Origin: Lama guanicoe | Taxonomy: Eukaryota | DNA length: 64,000 bases | Assembly (NCBI GenBank): GCA_013239625.1 | Contig: MU053557.1 | Location: 6,149,842 to 6,213,841, forward strand | Direction of reading: 5' to 3' | Part shown: positions 1 through 13,239 of the stretch, in pieces | Layout: each line of letters begins with the position of its first letter | How positions within the stretch are numbered: the first letter of the stretch is position 1 | Program-made: the position numbers and the translations under genes | The notes under the pieces: model-generated | Database searches by the model: none | What the model saw: only the letters and a program-made list of their open reading frames with translations | What the model was told of the DNA's origin: nothing

Positions 1-352
1 AGAACTGTGCCCAGTGCACAGGGTAGAAAGAATGAGACACCCGAGAGCCTGGCATCAGTGAGAGGCAGCAATGGCAGTGATCATCCACCAAATGCAGTGG
101 GCAGGGATCAGTAATCTCCTCTTTCCAGTGAGGACCTCAGGGCCCAGAGCTGTGGAGGAACTAGCCCTAGACTTCGCAACACGTCCTCGGAAACACCAGG
201 CCTAGAAGGCATTCCTCCTGATTTTTTCTCCAGGGTCTTTCCTGTTTTCCTCTTTCTCCATCCTAGCTGCTTCCCCTGCATCCCTGGGCCTGCCTGTTAC
301 TCTGAGCTTTCTATGGCCCCACTGCAGGGGAGGAAAGGGCAAAGTGACACTG

Positions 353-364
353 GGGGAAATTCCC
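353..364. promoter_or_regulatory. NF-kB site GGGGAAATTCCC
   Basis: Consensus match only. Confidence 0.55.
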
Positions 365-1084
365 GGCCCTGGCCTGTAGCATACGTGGCCTGGCCAGGCC
401 CCTCCCACAGCTCTAGGAGCCCAGGCCTCCCCTACTCCAGCTCCTCTCCCTCTGGCCTCCCTGTCTCCAGCTCAGAGTGTCAAGCTGATCTGGGTTTGGA
501 CCCAAAGTTGCCTCTTGTCATCCTCTTGGAAGTAGGGAGAGGTCAGTCAGGCCCAGCCCAGCCCCTGAAGGAGGCAGACCCATGGGAACCAGAGCATTTC
601 CTAATCGTGGGAAGCCCTTCAGGGCCCTGAGAGCAGCCCTCCTACCGCCTCACCCCAAGTTCTCTCCTGTGCTCCCTCTTCCAGGGCCCCTCCCGCTTCC
701 CCTTCCATTCTTCTCCAGCCCAGGAGCCACTGTGACAGTGACTTGGCTTCCATTCCTTGCCCCTCCTAGCCAGGGACTTCCCTGGGCTGGGCCTCTGATG
801 AGCTTTGGAAAATCTGGACTGTTTGTGATCAAAGAGGAGACCGCATCACCACTGTCTGCCAGCCTGTCACCCACTCCAAGTGCCTCAGGCTGTCTCTGCT
901 AAAGGCTCAACCACAGAAAGGTCCAGCTGGCCCTGGGAGGAGAGCAGGTGGGAGGGCCCTCCAGAGGTCCTTTTGCCCCAGGGTTAGGGAGGGCCCCAGC
1001 CTTCCACTGTGTTCCCAAGGGAGGCAGGGGCAGACTCCCACCTGCTCTCTTCCTGTCTAGCTTTAGATCACTAAAGTGCCCAAC

Positions 1085-1307
1085 ACACGCCCACACACTC
1101 ACCCTCAAAGAGTCACCGACACACATTCACGTAATGACCCAGACACTCACAGACACCCACAGACACACTCACACACAAACACATAAACATGCTCACACAT
1201 TTTTCGCTCACACGGTCATACACACAGGCACGCCGGGAGATGTAAGGTGTGACACACTCTCACAGAGACACACATCCACACACACACACACACACACATA
1301 CACACAT
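1085..1307. repeat. CA-rich low-complexity tract with a (CA)11 core at 1277-1298
   Basis: Seen directly. Confidence 0.9.
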
Positions 1308-1698
1308 ATCTGCGTTCAAACTCATGAACCTACTCCCTTGTCTTGGGAAAAGGATAAGACAAAAAATAGGTCTTTCTTTTCCTTCTCTTTGGAAAAACTG
1401 GCAGCCACCAGAGAGAAAAAGCCTGGCTGAGAAGGCAGCGCAAGGAGAGGAGGGCAGGAAGACAAAATCAGAAGTAGAGGGAGACAAGCAAGAGGAGAAT
1501 GAGGCCAGGCAAGGGGTGAGAGAGGCCGGAGCCCAAGCCTAGGGGCAGGGGGCTGGGGCCGGCAGCCCGATCCCAGCTGGCAGCGAGGCGGGAGGCCAGG
1601 CAGCTCGTGGCCCAGAGCCCGGAGGGCCTGGTGGCCCTGCAGTCCTGTGCAGTGAGCCCTTCCCTGTCCTGGCTCCCGCCCTGCGCCAGCTCACTCAC

Positions 1699-1830
1699 CT
1701 GGGGAAGAGCAGGAGAAGACAGGGTCTGTGCCCCAGCGCGGAGGCTCCTCGGCTGACTGTCTGCAGGAAGGAGGGAGGGAGGGCTGGGCTGACTTTTAGG
1801 CAGGAGGGGAATTCCCCCGAGATGGAGGAG
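1699..1830 (-). promoter_or_regulatory. TNIP1: Putative upstream promoter / non-coding alternative first exon of the next minus-strand gene (TNIP1 by synteny)
   Basis: Perfect donor CAG|GTGAGT with the exon ending at 1699, a palindromic kB site GGGGAATTCCCC at 1806-1817, and GC-rich context. TNIP1 follows ANXA6 on the same strand in human (recalled). No TNIP1 coding sequence is in the window. Confidence 0.5.
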
Positions 1831-2682
1831 CAGGCAGCCCCGCAGACTCAGCTGAGGCCCCATCCCGCCCCCTGGCAGAGCACAGGGCCCTTCTTTGTCA
1901 GTTCCCCACCTGTCACTTCCCAGACTGGCTGTCACTTGCTGTGAATTCCAGGGAGGGGAGGGGGCTCCGGGGAAGAGCCGGAAGCCTGACGGTTCTGTGG
2001 CTGGACTGGGAACTGACACAGGGGCAGAGGCCACCCGGCCAGCCCACCCTACCCCGCCCCCAGGTTCTCCTGAGGACCTCCATCTCTTCCTTTGCCCAAG
2101 CTGGGGGATTCCAGCGCCCAGGGTCCTGAGGAAATCACCAGACACCCAGCCCACATCCTCCTGCCCCCAGTCCTGTCCCATCTGTTTCCACTTAGTTTCT
2201 GTGGCTTGTCCATAGGGAAGAGGAAAGCCCACTCCTTCCCTCTGTGCCGGATCTCTTGGATGTAGTGTGGGGCCTCAGGGTCCTATCCACCACGGAGCAG
2301 CCCAGCTCGGCACCAACCAGCTAGTGCTCCTGCACCTCACCTCGCCATCCTGAGCCTCAGTGATCCCCAGCTGTAGAGTGGGGATCAGGAGTCCTGCTTT
2401 GCCCACCTCCTGCAACAGTGATTAAGACAAAATGATAGTTTACAGACTTCCTTTGTAAACTGTTGACCACTTTACAAACATAAGGGCTCACTCAGTTCAT
2501 CATCTGCTGAAAAGATGCCTAGGGAGGGGATGGAGGGGGACCATCTGAATGAGCTGGCCTTTCTCCATCATTCCTGGTTCTGGAGTTTCTTCATTCTTAC
2601 ACAATATTATAGACCACTGAAGACATAGGAATGGGCAAGTCAGATCCACTTCTTGCCCACTCAGAGCTCACAGACTCTGATA

Positions 2683-2876
2683 CTGCCCTGTCCAGCACAG
2701 TAGCTATTAGCCACATGTGGCTATTTAAATACAAATTAGTTAAAATTAATAATTCAGTTCCCCAATAGCACCAGCCACAGTTTAAGTACTCAGTAGCCAC
2801 ATGTGGCTACCACATTAGATTGCACATGTATAGAACATTTCCATCATCACAGAAAGTTCTGTTGGATAGCATTGCT
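2683..2876 (-). mobile_element. MER3-like hAT-Charlie non-autonomous DNA transposon
   Basis: Two tagccacatgtggcta palindromes plus tagaacatttccatcatcacagaaagttct, typical of the MER3 consensus as recalled. Confidence 0.8.
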
Positions 2877-5725
2877 CTGGGGGCTGTAGGCAAATTAACT
2901 AGGTAGTTACAGTAAAGTGTGGTAGAGATGTATTTTGGCAGGAGAAACACAGGGAGCTATAGGAGCCTGGACAAGGGAGCATCTGGCCAAGATTTGGGAC
3001 TGGGAAGTCTTTCTAAAGGAAGAGACACCTTAGCTGAGACCCAGAAGTAGCCAAGCAAGAGCATAAGGAAGGGTATTCTCAGCAAGGGGAATAGAATATG
3101 CAAAGAGAGAGTATATTCAGAGAACTGGAAATTGTTCACTCTGAGAGGACCATGGAGTTTGAAGCAAGCAAGGGGAAATAACAAAGGTGGATCTGAAGAA
3201 ATAAGCAGGATCAGGTATCAAGGGGCCACATCAGCCCTGGGCAGAGCATTGGGAGGCAGTGGACTGGGGGTGAGAGACGGGGAGTCCACTGAATCTGACC
3301 CTCAACTGCCTCTGTGTCCCTCAGATTGGGATTGCCCGGGCAATGCTAGAGAGATGTCCTGGCCCCACAGCCTCACTTTACGCATGTGGAAGTCAAGGCC
3401 AGACAGTGGAAATGACTTTCCGAGTGAGTAAATCAAGGAACTTCCTGACTCCTAGTCCAGTGCTCTTTCTCACACCACACTCAGTCCCCCGGTTGGACTG
3501 GCTACTTTTTAAATGTTTCAACAGCCACACGTGGCAAGCAGCTACCATACCAAACTGCACAGAAAGTTCTACAGGACTAATGACACCGGTCCTCGCGCTA
3601 GACCAGGCGCAAAGGACGATACGCTTCCTTGCTCAAAAACCCTTTTCTCTGCAGGGAGTAAAAATATACCTTCTCACACCCACACTGTCAGATGCTGCCA
3701 TTTCTGCCCTCCTGTACCAAGTTGCAAGGCCTCCCTTGCGCATGTCTCCAACAGATCAGTAACAGGCATTTGGGATGGTGGCAAGACTCAGCACCAGGGA
3801 GAGAGATCTAGTCCCTTTCTCCCTTTGTGAAGCCTCTTGGTAGCCTGGCATAAGCCCCCTGAGTCAGCCAGAGCCTTCCGTGAAATTGAGCAATGTCCCT
3901 TCCTTTAGGAAATGGAGTTTCAGATTCCCCATCGGTAGAATGTGTAATTCAGCCTTGTTGCTCCTGGATTGCAATATTTCCCCTGTACATGAAAATTTCT
4001 CTCCAGAGGCCACAATCGTCATTGATCCTCTGTGAATCCATGAAGCACAGCTTGGACTGGTTCTTGCTCATGGAGTCTTAAATGGCAGAAAGAACTTGAA
4101 GGGCTAAGGAGGCTCAAAGAGCTGGAATCTCCAGTTAGAACACTTGGCTTGCGCACCCTGGAGGATTAGCTCTGAGCTTTCCCTGCTGAAATGCTGAGAG
4201 CAGTCAGGTTCTCCCACCTTCTCTTCCCCCTCTTCCTTCTTTGAGCCATGGATTCCCTGAAAGTGCCTTCCTTGTTCAGGCCAAGGGATAGACATTAAGG
4301 AAAAAGAAGACTGGGTTACCAAAAGACTTGAGTTTGAGTCCTGGCTCTGCTGTGTGGCCCTGGGCAAGTCCCTTCCCCTCTCTGGTCCTCAGCTTCCCCT
4401 TCCATAATGTGAAGGAATCAGGCTAGATGATCATTAAGGGACCTTCCATGCTGACACTGTAAGGAAATCCGAAAGTTCAGAGCATCTCAGTCTGAGAAAT
4501 CAAAGTAAGCCAAGATGGTCAGGAAATAATAACACTAATAGTAATTCTTAAAATTAACATGTACCAAGCATTGGACTAAGTGCTCTTAAATGCATTATTT
4601 TATGCCTTCCTTATCAGGACCTTATGATATCGGTACCGCTATTCTATAGATGAGGAAATTTTATAGAGGAGGCTTATAGTGGTTTAAGCCAATGGCTACA
4701 GAGAGGCATGGCTGGAGTTCAAACTCAGGTAATAAATGTCTTCAGAGTTCACTTGGGGGAGATGAGACCTATGCTGAACTTCAAAAGCTGGGTGAAATTG
4801 GGATACACATAGGGTAAATCTCACAGCCCCACTCCTTTGCTACTTAATTACCCAACCGCACCCTCCAACCCTGACATCTCTGGTCTTGTTGATATTGTGT
4901 GACCAGCACTGAGCCAATCACAATGTGCTCTCAAAAGCCCTTTCTGACAGTTGGTTCTGATGCAGGTGGTCCCAGGACCTCGCTCTTTCCCTTTTTGTAC
5001 CAGGGAAGGTGACTTCTCAGTACCAGGGTAGAGACCATGAGGACAACAGATCTTAGCATCTGGATAGGAGGGAGCTCTATTCCACTTTTTGTGGGTCCCA
5101 GGACATCATACATGGTGAATGTGAAAGGAAAAATTAAAACTCAAACCAGCTCACTTCAAGTAGAGGAGATACATATAATTCTGTCAACATCTTAAAATGA
5201 AATTCAGGAACGCATTTTGCAAAATTGTGCTTTCCAAGGAAACAGATACAGAATGGTATGTTGCAAGATTCTTGTCAAAGGAAAAAGATCCAAGGACACA
5301 TGTTGCAAGACTGCTGCTAAAGGAAGTGGCTTCTTGGCCTATCAGCCCTGGAACAAAGCTTCTTCAGACCCACCCCTTGACTGGACAGGAGAGACTAAAG
5401 TCCAGGGAGGGGAAGGCATGTGCCCAAGAAAGGAACGGGAGTTGTTGACGAGCCAACATCACAACCCAGGCTTCACCTCCCGCCTGCGGATCTTTCCTCT
5501 GTTTCTCAAACTCATCACTTCCGCTTTTGTTCCAGATCCCCAGACCACCCTCCACCCTCACACCCTCTTGGTCAGCATCCAGGATCAAAGGATGGGACTA
5601 GATCTGCAAGCCTGGATCTACACCAGCTGGATGACAGGGACCAGAGCCAGCGGGAGGCTGGGGGGAGCCGGAGAGGAAAGAGCAGTGTCTGAGGCCCGAC
5701 CTCAGAAAGGAAGCCTGGTCACCAG

Positions 5726-5923
5726 GGGGAATTTCCCCGGGTGAGGTCTCATGTCTATGCAAATGATGCACTGCAATTAACCTGGACCCCGCACAGGAGA
5801 GGGGCAGGGGGACGGGGCACCCTGGGAGAGGCAGGAGGTGGGGAAGGCAGGTGATAGGAACTTCCTGGGTACCAGGCTTTGTGCTGGGATCTCTGGCTGC
5901 TTGATCTCATTTTGTTCCGGGAA
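5726..5923. promoter_or_regulatory. Candidate immune enhancer: kB + octamer + GAS
   Basis: GGGGAATTTCCCC 5726-5738, ATGCAAAT 5757-5764, TTCCGGGAA 5915-5923. Confidence 0.5.
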
Positions 5924-8900
5924 CACCTTCCTAGGTAGGAAAGTTGAGAGCCTGAAGCCTAGTGGAGAGGAAGGCGCATTTGCCCATAAGAATGAGAAAT
6001 TCACCCCACAGGGAGACCCAGCCTCACACAGAGGCAATGATGATGATGGATCTGGTGCTACAGCGACTGACCAGGGTGACAGTAAGGGGCCCTGCGTCTG
6101 AGAAGCCTGGCAAAGTTTCATTTTAGGTTTCCATCTCACTCACCTGGGGAGTTTTATCCTGGAACAGCAAACAGTTATCGAGAGATAGTTACCCTGACTC
6201 CCCGTGGGCAAATCCCAGGGCTCAGGTTTTCCCAGGCCCAATGGTGGGAGGTTGGGGGTGGCAGGTGGTGCTGTTAACCCTTTCACCACCAGCTTCTAGA
6301 GCACTCCAAGAAAAGCGAACAGGGCGAGACAGGGGCTTCTGGAGGAAAAGCTCTCTCCCTCCTGCATCTGTATATTTCACTCACCGTGAGCCTCACTGCC
6401 TCCCTGGAAGCCTTCTCCAGGGATTCTGCTCCAAAGCAAGGCTGATCCCGCTTCTGCTTCTCCGGGGAGCTGGTCTAGCTTCCCCAGAGCTCAAATCAGG
6501 GCAATTAGGCTCAAAGTCTGTCTCTTCCTGTGGAAGAACAGGAGGAGGAACGGACACAGGGCCGACGGGTCCCAGGTCCCGGGAGCTGTGTGCTGCACAC
6601 CAAGGCTGTGTGCCAAGAAAAGCGGGAACGTGCACACACCCCAGGGAGTGGGTGTGAAAAGCAAGTTTGAGTACTTGTGTGAGGCCTTTCCTGTGTGGCC
6701 AGCAGTGCGTCTGTGGCCAGCAGTCTGTCTTTCTGTTTGTGACCAGTGTATTTGTGGGCCTAATCATTCTTTCTGGCGTCAGCATGTGCTTCTGGTTCTG
6801 GGTACTCAGTGTGTGTGTCCCTGTGGGGATGCCAGGTGGTGACTTGGAATTCTGTGTGTGTGGTAAGGAGTGCTTAGGGGCTTTGAGTGGATACCAGATG
6901 TGTGGGAAAGTGGGAGTGGAAATGGTTGGCCCTACAAAGGTTGGGATCTCTGTGTCACCCCCCACCCTCCCATCCCCGCCCAGGGCTATCTCCAGGTCAA
7001 GGTCCATGGCATCTCAGTGAGGCAGCCGCCAGGGGGTTCTGGCTGCAGCCAGCAGCACAACAGGCGGTGGGGGGGGGGGACCATCCCACAGGGGGAAATG
7101 TTTGTTCTGTTAACTGCTGCAACAGCTGGGCCCGGGGGAAGGGCCCATTCCCAGGTGGCTCTAGTTTAGGGCCTCCTCAGTCCTCACCCTGCAGGGAAGT
7201 GGGTGGTGAGGTGGCCCGCACCGGGGTCCTCTTCCTGCTCTAAAGCACTTTTCACCTCTCGGTTCCAAGGTGATGACACCTGACTTCACTGTGGCCTCCC
7301 TCTCTTGTTCTTCACAGCAGGTCAGGCAGTTTCCTGGGTCCCTTGCTTCCCTGTCTTTCTTCTCTTTTCTCTGTCTCTGCTTCCCCTGCCCTGGCCCACA
7401 TCCCCATCCCTCCGCATCCGGGGAAGAGCTGCAAGCCTGTCCAATGGTCTCCCGGCCACTGGGCTGGTCTCCTCCTCTGCCGAGGGCCCCAGAGATGGCT
7501 TTCTAAAGGACATCTCTGATCATACTACTCCCACTCCTAGCCCATTCAGGGGCTGGCCAGGGCCCCGAGGGTAAAGGCCACACTCCAGCCTGGACTCTCT
7601 GTGGCATTCCCAGATGCTGTCCTCACACTGGGTGTGGGGCCCAGGGTCCCCAGGAGCACATGCCACTGCCTCCGCTTCCCACCTCTGTGCCTTTGCTCAA
7701 GTTGGCCCTGCCTGGAACTCTCTCCCTCCTTCCATCTTTTACTGTTGAGAGCTTCTCGACCCATCTTTTGAGGTGCCTCTCATGTGCCCCCTTTCCAGGG
7801 AGTCTTTTTCAGGCCTCTCTGTGGTTAATCTGTGGCCTCTGCACTTGGTACCCCTTGCTACTTTGTGCTTGAATTTTTCTAATCTTTCCCCCCTTCGCTT
7901 TCGAGGGTAGGGAGGGACTCAGTTAATCATCTGAGGCTGTTAAGACTCCCCCTCTCTAAGCCTTCCTCTGCTGGGAAATGGAATCCAGCCTGTTTATTAA
8001 TAACAAAGAGCTGATATGTATTGAGTCCTTGCTGTGTCCCGGACAGTGTGCTCACAGATGCACACGCATTGCCTTATTTTGTCTTCACAACAACCCTGTG
8101 AGATAGAAGCCTTTGTCATCCTCACTTTACAGATGGAGATGTCAAGGCATTGAGAGGCCAGTGACTCACCCCATGCTTGGCTGGGATTCGAATCCAGGGC
8201 GGCCTGCCCGCTTCCTTCCCATAGATCTAACTACTGAGTAGAGGGCTCCGTGATAGAACCAGAATTTCCCGCTTGCCTAACACCAGCTGTGAAGTGGGGA
8301 AGTGCCCTTAGGAAACCTGAGGTCTGAGGGGAGTGGGGAGGCATGTTGGAGTGGTGATTTACCGCTTCTGGGTTCTGAAATTCGGGTTGGGCAACTTGAC
8401 ACTTCTCCCTCCCGTTTGTTCAGTCAGATTTCTGCCATCAGAGGGAAGAGGAGGATATGTCAGCGGAGACAGCAGAGTAGGAATCAGGAGACGAGGTGTC
8501 CGTCACAGATCTAGCCCTTAGTAAACCACGGCCATGGTCCTGCTCTGTGAGCCTCAATTTCCAGATTTATGAAATAAGAGAGTTGGCTGGGATCTAAGAC
8601 CACTTCCTCTAAGACCACATCCAGTTCAGTAAGTCCATGATGTGCTGCCTCTATCTTCAGGCCATCTGTGTCACCACTTGGACCCTCAGTTGCCTCGTTG
8701 TTAGAATGAGGGTGCTACCCCTGCGCTGCAGCGGAGGATTACCATGGGGGGGAGCGTCTCCTGCGGGATTACTCTGGCGATGACGCATGTTCTCAGCAGA
8801 GCCGGGACACAGTATATACATCAGCATGTTTTAAATAGCCCACAGTTCCCACAACGCTCTCCAACGGCAGGAAATGTAACAGTGGCAATTCCCAAATAGT

Positions 8901-11302
8901 TGCTCTCTGCTTGGGTTTTAAAAGGGCAACCTCTTCCCAACCAGCCACTTTCTTTAGACATGTCCTCGTGGCCCCAAAACCAAGGTGGGTGCATCCCAGT
9001 CCAGAGCTGCTGAAAATGGGAGAGGCACAGCTCCAGGCGGGAGGGGAGCAGTGAGGAGCTGGAGGGAGGCGGACTGTGGGCTGAAGCCCTCTCGGAGGGG
9101 AGGAATGAACAAAATGGAAGGGCGTACATGGTGTTTAGAAAAGCATTGGACCGAAGCCAGGACTGCAGGGTTCCAGTTCTGTCTGCCGCTGAAAGGCTTT
9201 ATGACCTGCGGCCAGTTGCTTCCTCTCTCGGGAGGTGGCAGTTGTCAGTCTGGCTGAGGGAGGTGAGACTTCCTGAAGCCCCGTCCACACTCAGAGCATC
9301 GGGACCATCCTCCGGTCCTCCCTCTTTGAGACAGCGGTGGTCTGGTCTTCCGCTTTCCCTTTCCTTTTAGTTTTAATTTAGTCCCCACCACTTCTCTCAG
9401 TTGAACTTTGGCCACAGAAACAACCTCCAGTGTCATCTAATATGGTGTTCTGCAGAGAGCTGGGTGGGAGGGACACTGGAACAGAAGCTCTTAAGGATTA
9501 GGACCACGATGGTCTAACTTTTCATATCTTTAGCATCTAGCACGTAGAAGGCATTCAACAAGGGGCTGCACGAGTGGATGGATGGATGAATAAATGAATG
9601 AATGCGAGGGCTTGGATTCAGAATAGTGGCTAGTCCCTCCTTTGCCACAGCTCCAAGAAAAAAATGTGGTTTGTTCTGCAGGCACCTGGGACTCCGTGGG
9701 ATTACTGTAATAGCCTCCCAACTGGCCACTTTTCCTTCATGGACTTGCCTTAAATGCATGCTTAGATGTATACCTTCCCCACCCAAGAACCTCCAAAGGC
9801 TCACCCTGGGTTATAAGAGAAAATCCTGACATACAAGGTCCTCTATAATTGGATGCAAACTCCCCTTTCTAATCTCATCTCCCTCCTACTACTGACCAAG
9901 CCCAGAACACAATACACTTTAAGAATTCAGTGCAAACCACATGTTGAGGGATTAGAATGATGTCTTATACATAGTGGCGCTCCCTTTGAACTATCCTCTT
10001 TCCTGGTTTCTCGGAATTCTAGAAATTCCTGGTTTTTCCACTTGTATGTTCCCCCTTGGCCTCATGGGGCCTCCCCACTTCTACTGCCTTGGATTCCATC
10101 ACTTTCCTTTCCATTCCAGCCTATTTTTCCCTCAGGGCATATTTTAAGGCACTTTCGTATGTCTTTGGATGCTTCTGTGATCTGCAGCTGACACATTTTT
10201 GAAAACAAAGCTCAAGAAAACATCTCGGGGGCCACCTCCTGGTTCCTACAATCGGGCCTGGCTCAGGGCAGGTGGTGCTGGCAGCTGACTCCAAGCCAGG
10301 CAGGCCCCCACTGCAAACTTCCACAGGTCATCTCCCGTACCCCACGAAGGCTGTGAGCTAGGTGGAACTGGTCCTTGTCTTACAGATGAAGAAACTGAGG
10401 CTCGGAGAGATGGCACGCTCACGGGCTGTCAGTGGCCAAGGTCTGACTCCACAGCTCTGAACCATGGTGTTAATTTATCTTTGGTAACAGTTAAATCAAG
10501 TTGGGCAAATACCCAAACTAGCTCTCAGCTGACCCTCACGGGGTTTGAGCTCACGGCCTGGTGGAGAGAAGGAAGTGGGGAAGACACAAGGTGACTGTCT
10601 TACTTTCAGACTTGTTAAGTCAGAGATGAAGAGAAGGCATTTCAAAACTCTTGGGTCCAAGCCCTCACTGTACCAATGGAGATACTGAGGCCCAGTGAGG
10701 GCAGTGGCTGGCCCAAGGTCATGCAAGGCCAGACCCAGCACGTTTCCCAACCCCCACCTCATTCTCCGCTCAGCTACTGCAATAAACACACTCTGAATTG
10801 CAGGAGAGGGCAGGTCAGCCAGGGCGGGGAGCGCAGCCCTCCAGCCGGCAGGCACCCACGTGCCGTGGTTGCTGGGGAACTTTAGATCTGAGTCTCAAGC
10901 AGAAACAGAGCTGGGGCCAGGGAGACGGAGAAACTGCGGCTGATCGCCTGCTTATCACCGATCTTCACCAAGTGGAAACTTTCCACAGGCCTCCCCAGAT
11001 CACAATCGCATCTGGCGCCCCTGAAGAGTTCAAAAGAGGAAGTGTAGGTTCGGTTGTAATGGATGCAGGGTGCACAGAGAAACATCCAGGCAGCAGAGGG
11101 GAGAGAGCAGGCTGGGCCAGGCCTCCCAGGCTGGACCCACGCTCAGACCCCCATTTGGGATTCCCAGAAGGGGTAGGAAGACAGAACTCCCTCCTGGGCA
11201 GGTTAACACCTCGGGGTCTAACGAGGACAATCCAGGCTGCAGGCTCTAGGTCACAAAAACAGATCCCCTTTAGAAATGTATTTATGTGTCTGCAAGTCTC
11301 TT

Positions 11303-11308
11303 TTTATT
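11303..11308 (-). terminator. ANXA6: ANXA6 polyadenylation signal AATAAA (3' UTR about 0.7 kb)
   Basis: Plus-strand tttatt at 11303-11308, the first canonical hexamer I found downstream of the stop codon. Confidence 0.75.
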
Positions 11309-12008
11309 TACAGAGAGAAGACGTGGAAAGGAAATGGTGTGGAGGCACATCCTAGAATGTCAGTGTTAGAAGAGAAAGCCCGGATCGTTTTGTCAAACTC
11401 TCTCATTTTGTAGGTAATTAAATAGAGACTCAGGGAGGGAAAGAGATTGGCTCAAGGTCATAAGGCAAGTGTGTGGCGGACGCAAATTTGAACCCAGGTA
11501 TTTGGACCCAGGGTTCAGGGCTCTAGCAACCAGGACGGAGGCAGCGGAACTGCTGGGAGACACTTTGTTTCCCTCCTTCCCCCAGGACACTCCACTGGCA
11601 CCTGCCACCACACCCCACCATGCGAAGCACACACATCACTCACTTCACAGACAAAGGCTCAGTATGTTTTTGAATTTGACAAAGCCCAAACCAGGACAGG
11701 GGCTGTGATGAGGCACAGAAGCTAGGAAGGTGTGAGGAGGAAGATGGGGAGCGGAGGCGGACGGGATCAATGGTTACGGTTCTTCAGCCGCTCAGACGTG
11801 AGCAAGAGCGACCGTGCTGGGCCCTCAGTGGCTCTCAGGAGCAGCAGCCTTTCCTAAACCCCAGTTGAAGACGAGAGCCCACCCCACCCCCGCCCCCGCC
11901 CCATCCCTTCCTTAGTCTCTGGAGCTGGAACGGAGCAGTCAGGCTGGGTGGTGGCGGGTGGTGCTGCTGACCGTCGCTCGGCAGAGGTGCCCGCCAGTGC
12001 CGGTGGTC

Positions 12009-12068
12009 CTAGTCCTCGCCTCCACAGATAGCCAGCAAGGCCTTCAGGAAGTCCCCAGAGGTGTCGCC
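12009..12068 (-). CDS. ANXA6: ANXA6 exon 26 coding part (GDTSGDFLKALLAICGGED*)
   Basis: Acceptor ccttccag|GGC; TAG stop at 12009-12011. Confidence 0.97.
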   Translation of the reverse strand, partial: GDTSGDFLKALLAICGGED

Positions 12069-13239
12069 CTGGAAGGGGCAGAGGGAGAGCACGGTGAGTG
12101 AAACCATCCTGATGGCCTCAAGTCCCCCTCCTCCCAGCTGCTGTCAGCCTGGGTGTCTCCCTAACACGTAACTGTGGCTCTGTCCCTTCTGTGGCTCCCG
12201 TTATCCCTGGGAAAATGTCCAAGCTCTCAGCCTGGCTTCAAGGCCTTTTGTGGTCTGACCTTCGTGAAGCTCTGTGGCTTCATCTGCCCCTTTCCTTCCA
12301 GGAGCATCATGGTCATCTTTCTGCCTATAAAAACCATTCCTCCGTCCAGCACGCCCTCTGCACCAGCCCTGCATCCTGTCTGCCATCAGATGCCCCCTCC
12401 TCTGTGAGGTGTTCCTGCTCTATTCTTGCCTCAGCCAGAGTGAATTCCCTCCTCCCCTGGCTCCCCTGTACTCTAATACCCTCCCCATTAACACATGTGT
12501 TGTAACACGTTCCTTATTTGAAGAAACATCATCGAGCACTTACTAGGTGCCTGGCTTTTGCAGGAATTTATGTGAACATCACTGGGCTTATGACATGTCA
12601 TAATGTCTGATATACAACAGGGCTGGAGGAACCAGACCTCCTCCCTCTTTTTAGAGGGTCGCCTGCCATTTTTACCATATATTTTTTCAATTTTTTTGTT
12701 TTTATAATTTTTGATAAATGATTAAAAAAATATATAATCATTATAAATAATTCAAACCAAAGGATTATACAATAAAAGTCTCCCTCCCACCCCGACCCCC
12801 TAATTCTCTAAAGAGGTAGCCACTATTACATTTACTTGTATGATTTTCTAGCAGTGAATTTCCATATGCATATACAAATATGTATATGTATATAATATTC
12901 CTTCTCTGCACGGCATTCGTATTATTCTGGGCCATAATTTTTCACTTAGAGAAGATCCCAAATCAGCACGTAGAGCCTCCTCACACTTTTTCATGGCTGT
13001 ATTGTATTCTATCATATAGATGTACCATAATTTATTTAACCAGTTTTGTGTGAAGGACTTCCAATCTTTTGCTACTGTAAAAAATGCTGGCATAAATATT
13101 CTTACATGTCTTTGAGAACACATGTGGCTATGTCTCAAGGATAAATTCCTATAAGTAGAATTATCAAGTCCAAGGTATATGCATTTAAAATTTTGAGACT
13201 GCCAAACTACCCTTTAAAGATGTACTACTAGTTTAACTC

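Noticed and set aside
948..1542. His/Thr-rich ORFs (HTHTHT) and the reverse CVCVCV ORF
   Set aside because: Translations of the CA microsatellite region.
1468..2232. 254-aa minus-strand ORF, the longest in the track
   Set aside because: No recognisable domain; Gly/Pro/Ser-rich composition is expected by chance in GC-rich promoter DNA, and it does not resemble TNIP1 protein.
5258..5325. Short imperfect direct repeat (atgttgcaaga...aaaggaa twice, 42-bp period) as an array
   Set aside because: Only two diverged copies; an ordinary local duplication. No CRISPR-like or other array exists in this eukaryotic window.
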